56,926 nucleotides of DNA from Octopus bimaculoides (Eukaryota). A program made the translations under genes and the position numbers. Under the pieces are notes generated by a model. It had not been told where the DNA came from, ran no database searches, and saw only the letters and a program-made list of their open reading frames with translations. The stretch's first letter is position 1. Each line of letters starts with the position of its first letter. Location: assembly GCF_001194135.2 (NCBI RefSeq), contig NC_068996.1, positions 29,347,040 to 29,403,965 of the forward strand, read 5' to 3'. Below are positions 24,301-36,660 of this stretch, one piece after another.

Positions 24301-24574
24301 TCAGGAACGGCGAAACAAGGTGCTACAAGTTATTTATGATAATAAGTGGCATTATATTGGGGTTGAAAGAATGAGACGTACAATATTAAATATGCTAAGA
24401 CAATCTGAAAACAATAGAAACTGTTAAACGTTTACTGGTTTTTATGAAATTTTTAGACTAAATGTAACTGGACTTAATTAGTCCGATTATGATTTTCAAA
24501 GTTAACTTAAAAGTCAAATCATTAACGAAAATGTTAACTTCGTATTATTTGTTCTAGTTGGCTGCAATATACTT

Positions 24575-25447
24575 CGACTGTGCAGCCATCTCTCTTGTAC
24601 ACCACATCCAGTTCCTCTTATGCCCAACTTTTCTCTCAAGATGCTTACACTCTGTTGCACATGCGAAGCATACTAACTTCATTTCTTTCAAGCCTACACA
24701 TGTCCTTGGCTGTTATAGCCTATGTTTCACTGCCATGCAGCATAGCTGTTCACAGAGAGGCATTAACAATCTATCTTTCACTCTGAGAGGAAGGCCCTTT
24801 CTTGCCAGCAGGGGTAGGAGCTCTCTTGCCTTTGCCCATCTTATCCTCACAGCTACACTCTTGGAACATCCACCTCCACTACTAACCTGGTCGCCTACAA
24901 ACTAGAAGCTATCTACTACCTCTAGCTTGCACCCCTGGCAGTTGATGGAGTCTATTTTCCGAACATATTCAGCATTTATTATGCCTGTGCATCTTCCACA
25001 TACAAAAGTTAGTTTCTATGTTAACCTTCCTTTGATGTTGCTGCACCTTTTGTGTGTTCAAAGCTTACACTGGGTGTATCTTATGGAGGTTCTACCAACA
25101 CCTTTTATACAAATTGAGCAGGGCCATTTACCTGAGGGGATTTGTGATTTATCTGCCTTTCTACTTACTAAGACTTTGGTTTTTGCTAGGTTAACTCTAA
25201 GGCCCTTTGATTCTAGACATTGTTTCCATACCTGGAACTTCTTCTCTAGCTCAGGTAGTGATTCAGCTATAAGGTCATTAGCAAGGTCATTGGCAAAGAG
25301 GAGCTCCCACGGGCAGCCTGTCTTGAATTTCTCTGTTATTGCTTGGAGGATTATGATGAACAAGAGGTAGCTAAGCACCGATGCTTGGTGAACCCCAACT
25401 TATACCCTGAATTCTTCGCTGTACTTATTGCCCACCCTCACCATACT
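24575..25447 (-). mobile_element. RTE LINE (PHD family), internal fragment
   Basis: GCPWELLFANDLA (degenerate YADD), GLRVNLAKTKVLVSRK, SGKWPCSICIKGVG. Confidence 0.9.
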
Positions 25448-25465
25448 GGTATCTGTATGTATGTA

Positions 25466-25530
<65 letters not shown>

Positions 25531-25531
<1 letters not shown>

Positions 25532-26900
25532 TAGCAGTATAACCCGACCTTGTCCGGGTGTGACTTATTACGCCATCTACAATAAGTCTTGCTATGTGAA
25601 AATCAACTAAAAAAGAAAGCCTTACAACGAAAAAACACTTATGATGTAAATATGTTCATAATCCAAAAGACGATGAAATTGATAGGGAAAGTCTGAAGGC
25701 TGTTTTGCGTAACATTATTAAGCGTACGTAAATTTCATCCGTCTAATTGGCTATAGAAATGCTTGTGCAAAACAACTTTTTGCGCTGCTCTGATTATACA
25801 TAGCAGGATAATTCCTTTTTGCAGGAGCTAGGACGGCAATTTCTGATGAAGCAATTGCTGGCGATCTGTTGCTACACAGTTCTGCCAGAATTCTATCAGA
25901 TTGGGCAGAAGATGTTGATGCACCATTTTGCATTATGTTCAAAGTAGCTACTGGAATGTGGTGAATTGCTGCAGTCTGTTGCTGTCTTTTTAACCCGTTT
26001 GCTTTCTTTCCCCAGCAAACTCTCTTCTTTGGAGGCATAATCTATGTATATATTTAACAGAACAACAAAAGTTATAATAGATGGCAGGGTCGGTACTTTT
26101 CACATTTCTGTAATTTTTCAGATTAACACCCGCACGATTACCCAACCCTANNNNNNNNNNACATTTCTGTAATTTTTCAGATTAACACCCGCACGATTAC
26201 CCAACCCTAACCTTAAAGCCCTAAACATAATCCTAACACTAACCCTAAACCCTAACCCTATCCCTAAAACCCTAACCCTGACCCTAAAACCGTAACCATA
26301 ACACTAACCCTAACTGTAACCCTAAACCCTAACACCCTAGTGACAATCGTGGTATATTTACAAAACATAGACGAACATGAGTTATATTTTAGTGAATGAT
26401 TGTCTACTTGCACGTGTATGCGTTTGAGAGAGCGAGAGAGGAAGAGGGAGAGAGAGAGGGGGAGGAAGGAATAAAGAGAAAGAGAGGAAGGGAGAACGGA
26501 AGACGGTTATAATGTTGATGTGTGTATGTGTTTATATGTATGTTGTTGTCACAGATCACGTATGTGTGGTTGTGTGTGTTTTTACGTTTCTATGTTATGA
26601 AAAATATGTTACAGGTAGAGGGATACAAGAAAACTATTAAATGGGAGAGAGGAAGAAGAAAGAAGACTTTGTATGTATCACGTTCTCTTCTTTCTTTCTC
26701 TCCCTCTCTCACTCTTACTCTATATTTTATGTTGAGCACGTGATATATATGTGTATAAGAACGCCGTTACAGGTAGAAGGGAAGAAATATAAAAGTTGCT
26801 AGAAACAACAGCCAAATCTCCCTTAAATCACACAAAGTAAACGGAATTTTAAAAATCTAATTACTGCACTGGGAAGTTCACATCGAGAAAATTCCATTGA
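25531..26900 (-). mobile_element. Non-autonomous Helitron-like element with degenerate telomeric tract (26140-26340); 5' boundary uncertain
   Basis: The minus strand ends acccggacaaggtcgggttatactgCTAG|T (hairpin plus CTAG), similar to the Helitron end at 54148-54177. Confidence 0.6.
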
Positions 26901-27397
26901 TGTAAAANNNNNNNNNNNNNNNNNNNNNNNNNNNNNNNNNNNNNNNNNNNNNNNNNNNNNNNNNNNNNNNNNNNNNNNNNNNNNNNNNNNNNNNNNNNNN
27001 NNNNNNNNNNNNNNNNNNNNNNNNNNNNNNNNNNNNNNNNNNNNNNNNNNNNNNNNNNNNNNNNNNNNNNNNNNNNNNNNNNNNNNNNNNNNNNNNNNNN
27101 NNNNNNNNNNNNNNNNNNNNNNNNNNNNNNNNNNNNNNNNNNNNNNNNNNNNNNNNNNNNNNNNNNNNNNNNNNNNNNNNNNNNNNNNNNNNNNNNNNNN
27201 NNNNNNNNNNNNNNNNNNNNNNNNNNNNNNNNNNNNNNNNNNNNNNNNNNNNNNNNNNNNNNNNNNNNNNNNNNNNNNNNNNNNNNNNNNNNNNNNNNNN
27301 NNNNNNNNNNNNNNNNNNNNNNNNNNNNNNNNNNNNNNNNNNNNNNNNNNNNNNNNNNNNNNNNNNNNNNNNNNNNNATATATATATATATATATAG

Positions 27398-27490
27398 GTG
27401 CAGGAGTGGCTGTGTGGTAAGTAGCTTGCTTACCAATCACATGGTTCCAGGTTCAGTCCCACTGCATGGCACCTGGGCAAGTGTCTTCTA
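27398..27490 (+). mobile_element. SINE family 1, tRNA-like head
   Basis: gcaggagtggctgtgtggtaagtagcttgc...ggttcagtcccactg. Confidence 0.8.
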
Positions 27491-27639
27491 GATATACACA
27501 CATACACACACACATACATACACACGCATACATACACACATATATACACATAGATATACATACATATACCTATATACATATTCATATACATTTATTCACA
27601 ATAAATTTTTTAAATCTTTTAATATAATCCTTGAAATAA

Positions 27640-28270
27640 TACACTTAATAAAATTTTCTAAACACATGTTTAGAAGAGTGTTTACAAGATGTCTGTCATT
27701 AAGAAGTTTCTTTTTTTAATGTTAAAATTTGATATAGTTCATCCACCCCTAGGTTACATCTATTATCAGCAATTTTGTAAGATCTAGCATGACTAAGTAT
27801 GTACCATTTAATGTTGTACAATTTCATACTATCCTTTAACTTCCATGTAAATTACTTAAACTGGTACTGTTCAACCTATCCCTGTTCCTAAAAGTATATC
27901 CCTGGTTAGCAATATGTCTTTTAATAAAATTTTCAGTTGACCCAATGTAAAAAATAATATTTTGCTTCAGATTCAACTCTATGTCTATATACAAGGTTTT
28001 TTTGCATACAAAAATTATTGAAATAACATTTATTCTTAAATCTACAATCACAAGTTCTATGGCAGTTATCAGTAATAGAATTATTATTATTTCTATTATT
28101 ATAAAAAATGTCTCATTTTTTTATATTAATGAGATAATTCTAAACTAAGTTTTAGATACTGAAAAGCTAATTCTAATAATTTTATTATCAATTATGTTAT
28201 TATATTCATTTTCTTTATTAAAATGTTTAGATACAGATCTGTAAAAAAGCTTAACTAAATTAGTTTTTAT
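27640..28270 (-). mobile_element. Penelope-like GIY-YIG endonuclease remnant
   Basis: FYIGSTENFIKRHIANQGYTFRN..NSTSLS; similar to 33720-34170 and 45520-46030. Confidence 0.7.
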
Positions 28271-28459
28271 TTGTCTTGCATAAAGAATAATAAACCAAAT
28301 ATTATATCCATTGATGTATGTATGTATGTATGTATGTATGTATGTATGTATGTATGTATGTATGTATGTATGTATGTACGTATGTATGTATGTATGTATA
28401 TATATATATATATATATGTACATATACATAATATATCTGTCTATCTACAGATAGATAGA

Positions 28460-28945
28460 TACATACTCTGGGATATGCCAATACACACAGATAGAGAAAT
28501 TAAGGCCAATAGACCAGATATAGTTGTCAAAGGTCATGAAGGAAAAAAATGCTTTCTAATTGATGTATCAATACCAGCAGATGACAACGTTTCCCTAAAA
28601 GAAATGGAGAAACTTTCAAAATACAAAGACCTGGAAATAGAGGTAACTCGAAAGTGGAATCTAAAAACAGAAACAATTCCTATCATAGTAGGTGCCTTAG
28701 GTATAATAAAAAAATATTCAGACAAATACATAACAAAAACACCAGGACTTACAAATATATAAAACATACAGAAAATTGCACTACTGGGCACTGCACACAT
28801 CCTACGCAAAACACTTTCAATACAGTAACCATAAGAGCATCACAGCAAACCACAGCACATACCCAAGGCACACAGAGCTGCGCTCGGTAGTGAAGTGAAA
28901 GCACGTTATAAAAATAAAACTACTGAACAATAATAATAATAATAA
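28460..28945 (+). mobile_element. 3' fragment of a restriction-like-endonuclease (RLE) non-LTR retrotransposon, R4/Dong-like, with (TAA)n tail
   Basis: WDMPIHTDREIKANRPDIVV...LIDVSIP.D.N...KEMEKLSKYKDL...IPIIVGALG, a PD-(D/E)xK-type pattern; one internal stop at 28760. Confidence 0.85.
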
Positions 28946-29012
28946 CATCGAAAATACCTAAGGTATTTTTCATACCTTAAGAATGAGAACCCAGGTTCGA
29001 AATTTCCCCAAG

Positions 29013-29054
29013 ACACCTGATGAAGGCTGGAGGGTATATCATCCAAAACGTGTT
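29013..29054 (+). ncRNA. Degenerate hammerhead-like motif in a probable PLE terminal repeat (~28945-29140)
   Basis: ACAC-CTGATGA-A-GGCTG...CATCC-AAAACGT-GTT; G12 and one stem II pair are mutated. Confidence 0.45.
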
Positions 29055-29585
29055 AACAACAAACAAGATGAGGACAAATATCTGTCAAATGAGAATAATA
29101 TAAATAATGTACGTAATTTCTCATTTCTTAAATATAGAACTCTAGGAAAATTATTATGAGAAATACAGAATAACCTTTTTTTGCACAGTTACACTTTGTA
29201 AAAAATACCACATGAAGATGACATCCCAAATAGAACAAAATAAAAACAAAATAAAGATTACAATAAAATCTACACAATAAAAAACATTTCAATTATAAAA
29301 TCCTGAAAATATTATATTTATTGCTACCATTTATAGAAGTACCACACAAACATGACATCCCAAATAGAACAAAATAAATATAGAACAGAGATTAAAAGCT
29401 GCACAGTTGAAATATTACAATCAAGAAAACATATTTTAATCTTCAAATCCTGAAACTACTTCATGTTATTACCATTTGTAAAAATTTCACACACACATGA
29501 CAAAACAAATGTTACAATAAAATTACAATGGAAAAAGATTAAAAAGTGTTGAAAATATTAAACATATGAGTATGAGGAAAATGTT

Positions 29586-31504
29586 TCACTCTTCAAATCC
29601 TGAAAACTGACTGAAGTCATCCTTAGCCCCAAGACCAGAAAAATCATTAGGGTGGTCAATACTGTCCCATGTGTCACTATCTTCAAAGAGGATGTTTTCT
29701 TCTATGCCATCTAATGCATTACTGATGCCACATTTTTTAAAAGATTTTACTACTACTACAATCTTCACAGCATTCCCTGATTTCAAGATTCACTTACACA
29801 TCTGAGCAATTGTTGGCCTTGTCAAACGACCTGTAGGTGTTAGGTCATGGTCTTTGGCTCTCATCCACTGATTCCACTCTTCTTTAATAAATGCCTTAAA
29901 AGGCTTCTTGATTGATATGTCCAGTGGTTGTAATTGGCTTGTTGAACCACCAGGGATCACTGCCATTTTTGTTTTCAATTTCTGCACCCTTTCTTTAATA
30001 AACCTTTGCTTTGTGGGCACAAAACTGGTCCCACACAAGAAGGGGTGGTTTTTCTAAGGTGGCCACTGGAACACCTTGACCAGACCTTATCTAGCCATAA
30101 CTTCACTCCCTCTTCATCCATCCACCCATTTGGGTGGACAGAAACAAAAGTTCCATGTGGAAAAGCTAAGTTTTCCTCTTGAAAATAAGCAGCAGTGGCA
30201 GTTTTGTTCCATCAGTACAGCACGATAGTACTGCAGTATAATGGGGTTTCTCATGACCAGATGTCTTTACACTTACGGTTTTGGACCCTTTAACATCTAC
30301 TGTTCTATTTGATACCACATCAAACATTAGTGATACCTCATCCATGTTTTCAATCCAACCCAGTTCATAGTCAGTCTCTTTTCTTACACTGATTATGAAC
30401 CTCTGAAATTCGATTATTTTGTTATAATCTTTTGTGCTATTCTTGTTTTCATAATCTTTGCCAGTCTGTGCCTCCTCATAAATCTGTAATACCAGCTTTA
30501 TGTGCCACGAAAATCATCTAGACCACATGCTGCTGCCCTCACTTTTGATCCAATCATTATCATTTTTATTGATACTGCAAGACCCGAATGTCTCTCCCCA
30601 ACTATCCACTCCTTCATCTTTTGCTCCAGTTCTGGCCACTTAGCTGCAGTCTGATGCAGGTTACATTTAAGTCTTGACACAGGATTCAACAGGTCCTCTT
30701 ATTTCTTCCAGTAGCAGATCATTTTCTCGGTTGGCAGTGCTTCAAAATGCCTCTCTGCAGCCCTGTTGCCATACTGTTTGCCATATTCAATCACTTGTAG
30801 CTTGTAGTCGATTGAGTAAGAGTATCTTCTGCTTGAGGTTACCATAGTAACAGTTGTGCTAAAAGTTTTAAGTAAAATCTTCTGAAGCTGCAGATCACTC
30901 CTAACATCAGCAGGTCCAGGTCTAAACTGGTTAAGATCATGGCTTTCAGAGATCAAGGAGGAAGCCTATGGTGCTGTTTGAACACATGTTTCATCACAGA
31001 GAGTGAGTAAGTGATGACTGAACGCAACACATTTCATCACAGAAAGTGAGTAAGTGATTACAATAGTATTGTTATTAATATTTGCTTGTAAACCCTTTTA
31101 ACATACTGTAGTTTTACTTCTTTCATTACTTAATAATGTTCCCTTAAAGTCAGGTTGTTTGAAGAGAGTGACAATACTGCAATATAGATACACATATAAA
31201 ATATCACTTGTTAGTTCCTTCAACTAGCATACATTACTCATACATGAATGAACTTTTGTGATTGCAAATATTTAAAAAAATTTAATGATACTTTTGTTTA
31301 TTTACAACTTTAACAAAGTACAATTTATACACTTCACTGAGCGGTCATATACAGGGGTTCAGATAACTGTTTATCATAGATAATTTTCTTCTGATGTTAG
31401 GATATACCTATGAAAAATGCTACCTTCGGCCTCCAGGATGCATGGTAAATTTTCAAGACTTATTTTAGGAAAAAAATTGCATCTTTGACATCAGGAAATA
31501 TGGT
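29586..31504 (-). mobile_element. pogo/Tigger-like DNA transposon (Brinker-like DBD, CENP-B-type HTH, DDE_1), pseudogenised; ORF ~29586-30845
   Basis: RRYSYSIDYKLQVIEY, KWPELEQKMKEWI, NMDEV, TSGHEK, GWMDEE, IPGGSTSQLQPLDISI; TIR-like accatatttcc at 31494-31504. Confidence 0.9.
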
Positions 31505-31544
31505 TCAATTATAAATATTGGGTTAGAAATATTCCTATTATTCA

Positions 31545-34170
31545 TTTGAATAAAACATGGGGCCCACAGATTCCACCCAGGTAACGGACCTAGTAGGCAT
31601 ATAGATTTTATATAACTTAAATAATGAATTTTCTGAAATTACAGGCAGATTACATAAGGATGATATGCTGTTTCTAATTAAATACCCATTGAATAAGAAA
31701 TTAGAACTATATAAGAAAAAATTTCATAAATTCTTTAAAAATTGTGGTCTTTCAAGCTCTATTGAAAAAAAAAATAACTAAATCATTTTTTGGATAATAA
31801 CTTTAACCTTGCAACTGGTAGATTTGAACCTTATCATAAGCCTAACATGAATCTAAGATATATTAATAATCTAAGTAATCATCCAAAATCAATAAAAAAA
31901 GCACATGAATTAAAAACATAGAAAAGAGACTAACTTATCTTTCATATAATGAAGAGATCTTCTATAAAAATGCTAATTTTTATAATAATGTACTTGAAAA
32001 AGCAGGATATAAGCATGAAATAAGATATTATAGACCCAATGAATGCATACTTAATGAAAATAATGAAGATAAAATAAGAAGTAACCCAAATATAATACAT
32101 AGTGAATGAACTAAAACTACAGATAATAGTAAAATAAAGAAAGACAGTATAGATAGAAAAATGAAAAATCATTATATAAACCCGATGATAAATGGCCAAA
32201 GTTTTAAAAATATGAAGAATAATAAAATATTGTAAATATAAATACTAATGTTGATTATAAACCCATGAAACCTGATACTAAATATGGTAATAATAAATAC
32301 GAAAATAGAAAATCTAGTAAAACAAAAATTAATACCATTAATAACATATATGATAATATTTGTAATCATAAATATAATATTAATAAAAAAGATATACTCC
32401 TTGCATAAATTCTGATAAATCTAATATAGATTATAGTTGTCAAATGAAACCAATACTTTGTGGTTTATTATCCCCTTTGCAAGTCAAATCAAAAGTAACA
32501 TAATTAAATCCATTTAACGATTAATTCATAAACATGGTAGATGGCCCTGCTCAGTATGTAGAAAAGGAGTAGGTAGTAACTCTATAAGATGTACCCGGTG
32601 CAAGCTATGGACACATAAGAGGTGCAGCAACATCAAAGGCAGGTTAACTAGCAAGTTAGTTTTTGTTTGTGGCAGATGTTCAGGTGCAATAAAGACTGCA
32701 AACAAACAGGAAACAACTTCTATCTCATTCCAGGGTGAAAAACTAGAGGTAGTCGATAGCTTCCGCTATCTGGGCGACCAAGTTAGTAGTGGGGGTGGGT
32801 GCGCTGAAAGTGTAGCTGCTAGAATAAGAATAGCCTGGGCAAAGTTTAGAGAGCTCTTACCCCTGCTGGCGACAAAGGGACTCTCACTCAGAGTAAAAGG
32901 CAGACNNNNNNNNNNNNNNNNNNNNNNNNNNNNNNNNNNNNNNNNNNNNNNNNNNNNNNNNNNNNNNNNNNNNNNNNNNNNNNNNNNNNNNNNNNNNNNN
33001 NNNNNNNNNNNNNNNNNNNNNNNNNNNNNNNNNNNNNNNNNNNNNNNNNNNNNNNNNNNNNNNNNNNNNNNNNNNNNNNNNNNNNNNNNNNNNNNNNNNN
33101 NNNNNNNNNNNNNNNNNNNNNNNNNNNNNNNNNNNNNNNNNNNNNNNNNNNNNNNNNNNNNNNNNNNNNNNNNNNNNNNNNNNNNNNNNNNNNNNNNNNN
33201 NNNNNNNNNNNNNNNNNNNNNNNNNNNNNNNNNNNNNNNNNNNNNNNNNNNNNNNNNNNNNNNNNNNNNNNNNNNNNNNNNNNNNNNNNNNNNNNNNNNN
33301 NNNNNNNNNNNNNNNNNNNNNNNNNNNNNNNNNNNNNNNNNNNNNNNNNNNNNNNNNNNNNNNNNNNNNNNNNNNNNNNNNNNNNNNNNNNNNNNNNNNN
33401 NNNNNNNNNNNNNNNNNNNNNNNNNNNNNNNNNNNTTTCGAGCGTGGCCGTTTTCGTGCGGGTGACACGTAAAAGCACCCACTACACTCTCTGAGTGGTT
33501 GGCGTTAGGAAGGGCATCCAGCTGTAGAAACTCTGCCAAATCAGACTGGAGCCTGGTGTTGCCATCCGGTTTCACCAGTCCTCAGTCAAATCGTCCAACC
33601 CATGCTAGCATGGAAAGCGGACGTTAAACGATGATGATGATGATGATGATGAAATCTATAAAAGTAGGTCATTCCTTATCAATGAATCTCTTTGGAGTTA
33701 TGTCCTCAATTAATAATAGAAAATTAGATATTTTTTATAACAATCAAAATTCAAGTAAAAAGGATGTTGAGGCAGGGTTAAAGAAAATTGCAAACTTAAT
33801 AATTCTAAACAAGATAACCTGGTATATAGGTGTGTAGTTGAATCTGAAGGGAAAGAATACCATTATATAGGTTCAACTGAAATTCAATTTTTAAAAAAAA
33901 TTGCAAACCATGAGAGTTGTTTTAGAAATAAGCATAAAATCAATAATACTAGTCTCAGCAAATGTATATGGATATTAAAAGATAATGAGAAAAAATTATA
34001 AGATTAAATGAGAGGTTGTATACCATGCCAGAGCTTATCAAATTTCAGATAGTAAATATACATTACGTACAGAAGAAATTTTTCAAATAACAAAATCTAA
34101 GCATATATTGATTAACTCTAGAAAAGAAAATATTTCAGCTTGTTGTCAGTAGTTGAAATATGTTTTTTAG
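31545..34170 (+). mobile_element. Penelope-like element (RT, linker, GIY-YIG), decayed and interrupted by an RTE
   Basis: MG..STQVTDLVG, LHKDDML, EPYHKPN...SNHPKSI, WFIIPF...LIHKH | KSIKV, LVYRCVV...YIGSTE...NHESCF...TSLSKCIWILK. Confidence 0.8.
32536..33651 (+). mobile_element. RTE LINE (PHD family), 5'-truncated, nested in the PLE
   Basis: Open frame GRWPCSVCRKGVGSNSIRCTRCKLWTHKRC...FVCGRC...FRYLG; (GAT)n tail. Confidence 0.9.
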
Positions 34171-34461
34171 AAAATTTAATCAATAAATAAATAATAAATA
34201 ACAAAACTGAACATTAGAAATATAAGCATAATATATAATAAGCATAAAATATATAATATCTATATACAAATTAATTAACTCAGAAAGAGCAAATATTTTA
34301 ACTTGTTAGAATTAACCTAAGTATATTTAAGAAAATTTAATAAATAAAAATGAAACTAAACATTAATGATATAAGTATAATATAAGGATAACTTAATTTA
34401 CAAATCAAACAGGATGAAAATAGTATAAATATAAATAATATATACTATATATTATATAATA

Positions 34462-34545
34462 CTAGCTGGGCCTGTGCCATCAAAAATGGCAGTTAATTGT
34501 AGTATTTTATATATGAAAAGGGGTACAAAAAGGTGAAAAAGAAAA
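34462..34545 (-). mobile_element. Isolated Helitron-type 3' terminus
   Basis: Minus strand TGCCAT ttttg ATGGCA hairpin, 9-nt spacer, then CTAG|T. Confidence 0.45.
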
Positions 34546-35870
34546 TCAGTGCTTCTTAGTAAGTAGGAAGGCTGTCAAACCACAATCCCCTTCAGGTAGA
34601 TGGCCCTGCTCAGTCTGTGGAAAAGATGTGGGTAGAAACTCCATACAATGTACCCAGTGAAAGCTATGGACATATAAAAGGAGCAGCAATATCAAAGGAA
34701 GGTGAACCAGGGAAAATAGTTTTTGTGTGTGGCAGATGTACAGGGGCAATAAACACTGAATATGAACAGAAAACAGATTCCATCACATGCCAGGGGAAGA
34801 CTCTAGAAGTAGTTAATAGCTTCCGCTACCTAGGTGACCAAGTAGTGAGAGTGTAGTGGCTAGAATAAGGATAGCCTGGGCAAAGCTCAGGTAGCTCTTA
34901 CCTCTGCTACCAACTAAGGGCCTCTCGCTCAGGATGATAGGTAGACTGTATGATGCATGTGTGCAAACTGTCATGTTACACGGCAGTGAAACATGGGTCA
35001 TGACTCTGAGGATATGCATAGGCGTGAAAGAAACAAAGCTAGTGTGATCCACTAGATGTGTAATGTCAGTGTGCATACACGGCAGAGTGTAAGTGCCCTG
35101 AGAGAAAAGTTGGGCATAAGAAGTATCAAATATGGTGTGCAAGAGAGACGGTATAGTCATGTGTTACATATGGATGAGGAAGTGCCACTTTCTAACTGTG
35201 GAAGGAACCTGTAGGTGAGGTAGATCCAGGAAGACATGAGTTGAGGTGGTGAAGCATGACCTTCAAACATTGGGCCTCACAGAGGCAATGACAGGAGACT
35301 GAGACCTTTGGAGATATGTTGTGATTGAGAAGACCCGGCAACTAAAGTGAGATCACAACCACACATGTCCAGCCCAGTTAAGAGTACCCCTGATGCATTG
35401 TGCGATATGATATGCTTGAGAAGACCTGTTGAGTCAAGTAAAACCAATATCGTAGCTGTGACCAGTGTCCCCAACTGTCTCCTGTGCCAGTGACATGTAA
35501 AAAGCACCATCCAAACATGGTCGATGCCAGGCCCGCCTAACTGGCTCCCATGCCAGTGGCACGTAAAAAACACCATCCAAACATGGTTGATGCCAGTACC
35601 CTCTGACTGGCCTCTGTGCCAGTGGCACGTAAAAAGCACTATCCAAACACGATCAATGCCAGCCCCGCCTGAGTGGCTCCTGTGCCGGTTGCACGTAAAA
35701 AGCACCCACTACAGTCCTGGAGTGGTTGACATTAGGAAGGGCATCCAGCTATAGAAACATTGCCAGATCAGATTGGAGCCTGGTGCAGCCACTGGCTCTC
35801 CAAACCTCAGTCAAACCGTTCAACCCATGCCAGCATGGAAAACAGATGTTAAACGATGATGATGATGATG
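34545..35870 (+). mobile_element. RTE LINE (PHD family), 5'-truncated and decayed, with tandem 3' UTR modules
   Basis: SGRWPCSVC, VVNSFRYLGDQV, HGSETW; (GAT)n tail. Confidence 0.88.
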
Positions 35871-35989
35871 CTACTAGAGATTATAGATAGATTCTGTTAT
35901 CTAGGTGAGGAGATTGTTCAAAATATGTACTTATTAGAATAAGAAGAGCATGAAGAAATGTCAGAGAACTATTACCTCTATTGGTAACA

Positions 35990-36030
<41 letters not shown>

Positions 36031-36379
36031 AAAGGCAGATTGTATGGACTCTGAATGCAGAAGACGTGTAAACTAGAGAGGAATGAAGCTAGTATTCTCC
36101 GATGGAGGTGCAACATTATTGTACATGCCTAACAAAGTGAAAATGTGTTGAGAGGCTCCCTTTCTCTTATGAAGTTACCCACCTATCCAACATTATTCTC
36201 TATTCCTATTCTCTCTTATACTCACTTTCTTGAGAGTACATCATGACACCTCAACACTACCATTTTCATCTCTTTCCAGTTATTCGCTGCCACCTTTATA
36301 TAATGCAGGGTAGTCATATATCTCTGCTATATCAAAACACCTGTGTTTGTCTCTCTAACATACTTTAGCCTCACAAACC

Positions 36380-36660
36380 TGGCATAAAGCTGCTTCCTTC
36401 TCTGTTACAACCCAATCAGTCGTGAATGCTTTTTTTCTGTGTCTTGAGAGTTACTAGATAACCTCACTAGTAATGGTGTCATGAAAACGTTATCCAGTAC
36501 ACACTGTAAAGTAGTTGGCATTAGGAAAGCATCCAGACATTGAAACCATGGCAAAACAGATATTGTAGTTCAATAGTCTCCAGCTCATTGGATCCTGTCA
36601 AACTATCCATCTGTGTCAGCATGGAAGATGGATGTTAGATGATGATGATGCTGATGATGA
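36380..36660 (+). mobile_element. Older RTE-related 3' end
   Basis: gttggcattaggaaagcatccag...cagcatggaagatggatgttagatgatgatg resembles the RTE tail. Confidence 0.55.

Noticed and set aside
26102-26209. Exact ~49-bp direct repeat either side of a 10-N gap
   Set aside because: This is the pattern of an unmerged contig overlap, so most likely an assembly artefact.
32461-32905. In-frame PLE-RTE fusion protein (KH-GRWPC)
   Set aside because: A stop lies just upstream (32515), the PLE is decayed, and frame coincidence has a one-in-three chance.
35480-35720. CRISPR-like repeat/spacer appearance
   Set aside because: The context is eukaryotic, the spacers are homologous to each other, and the array lies inside an RTE 3' UTR.
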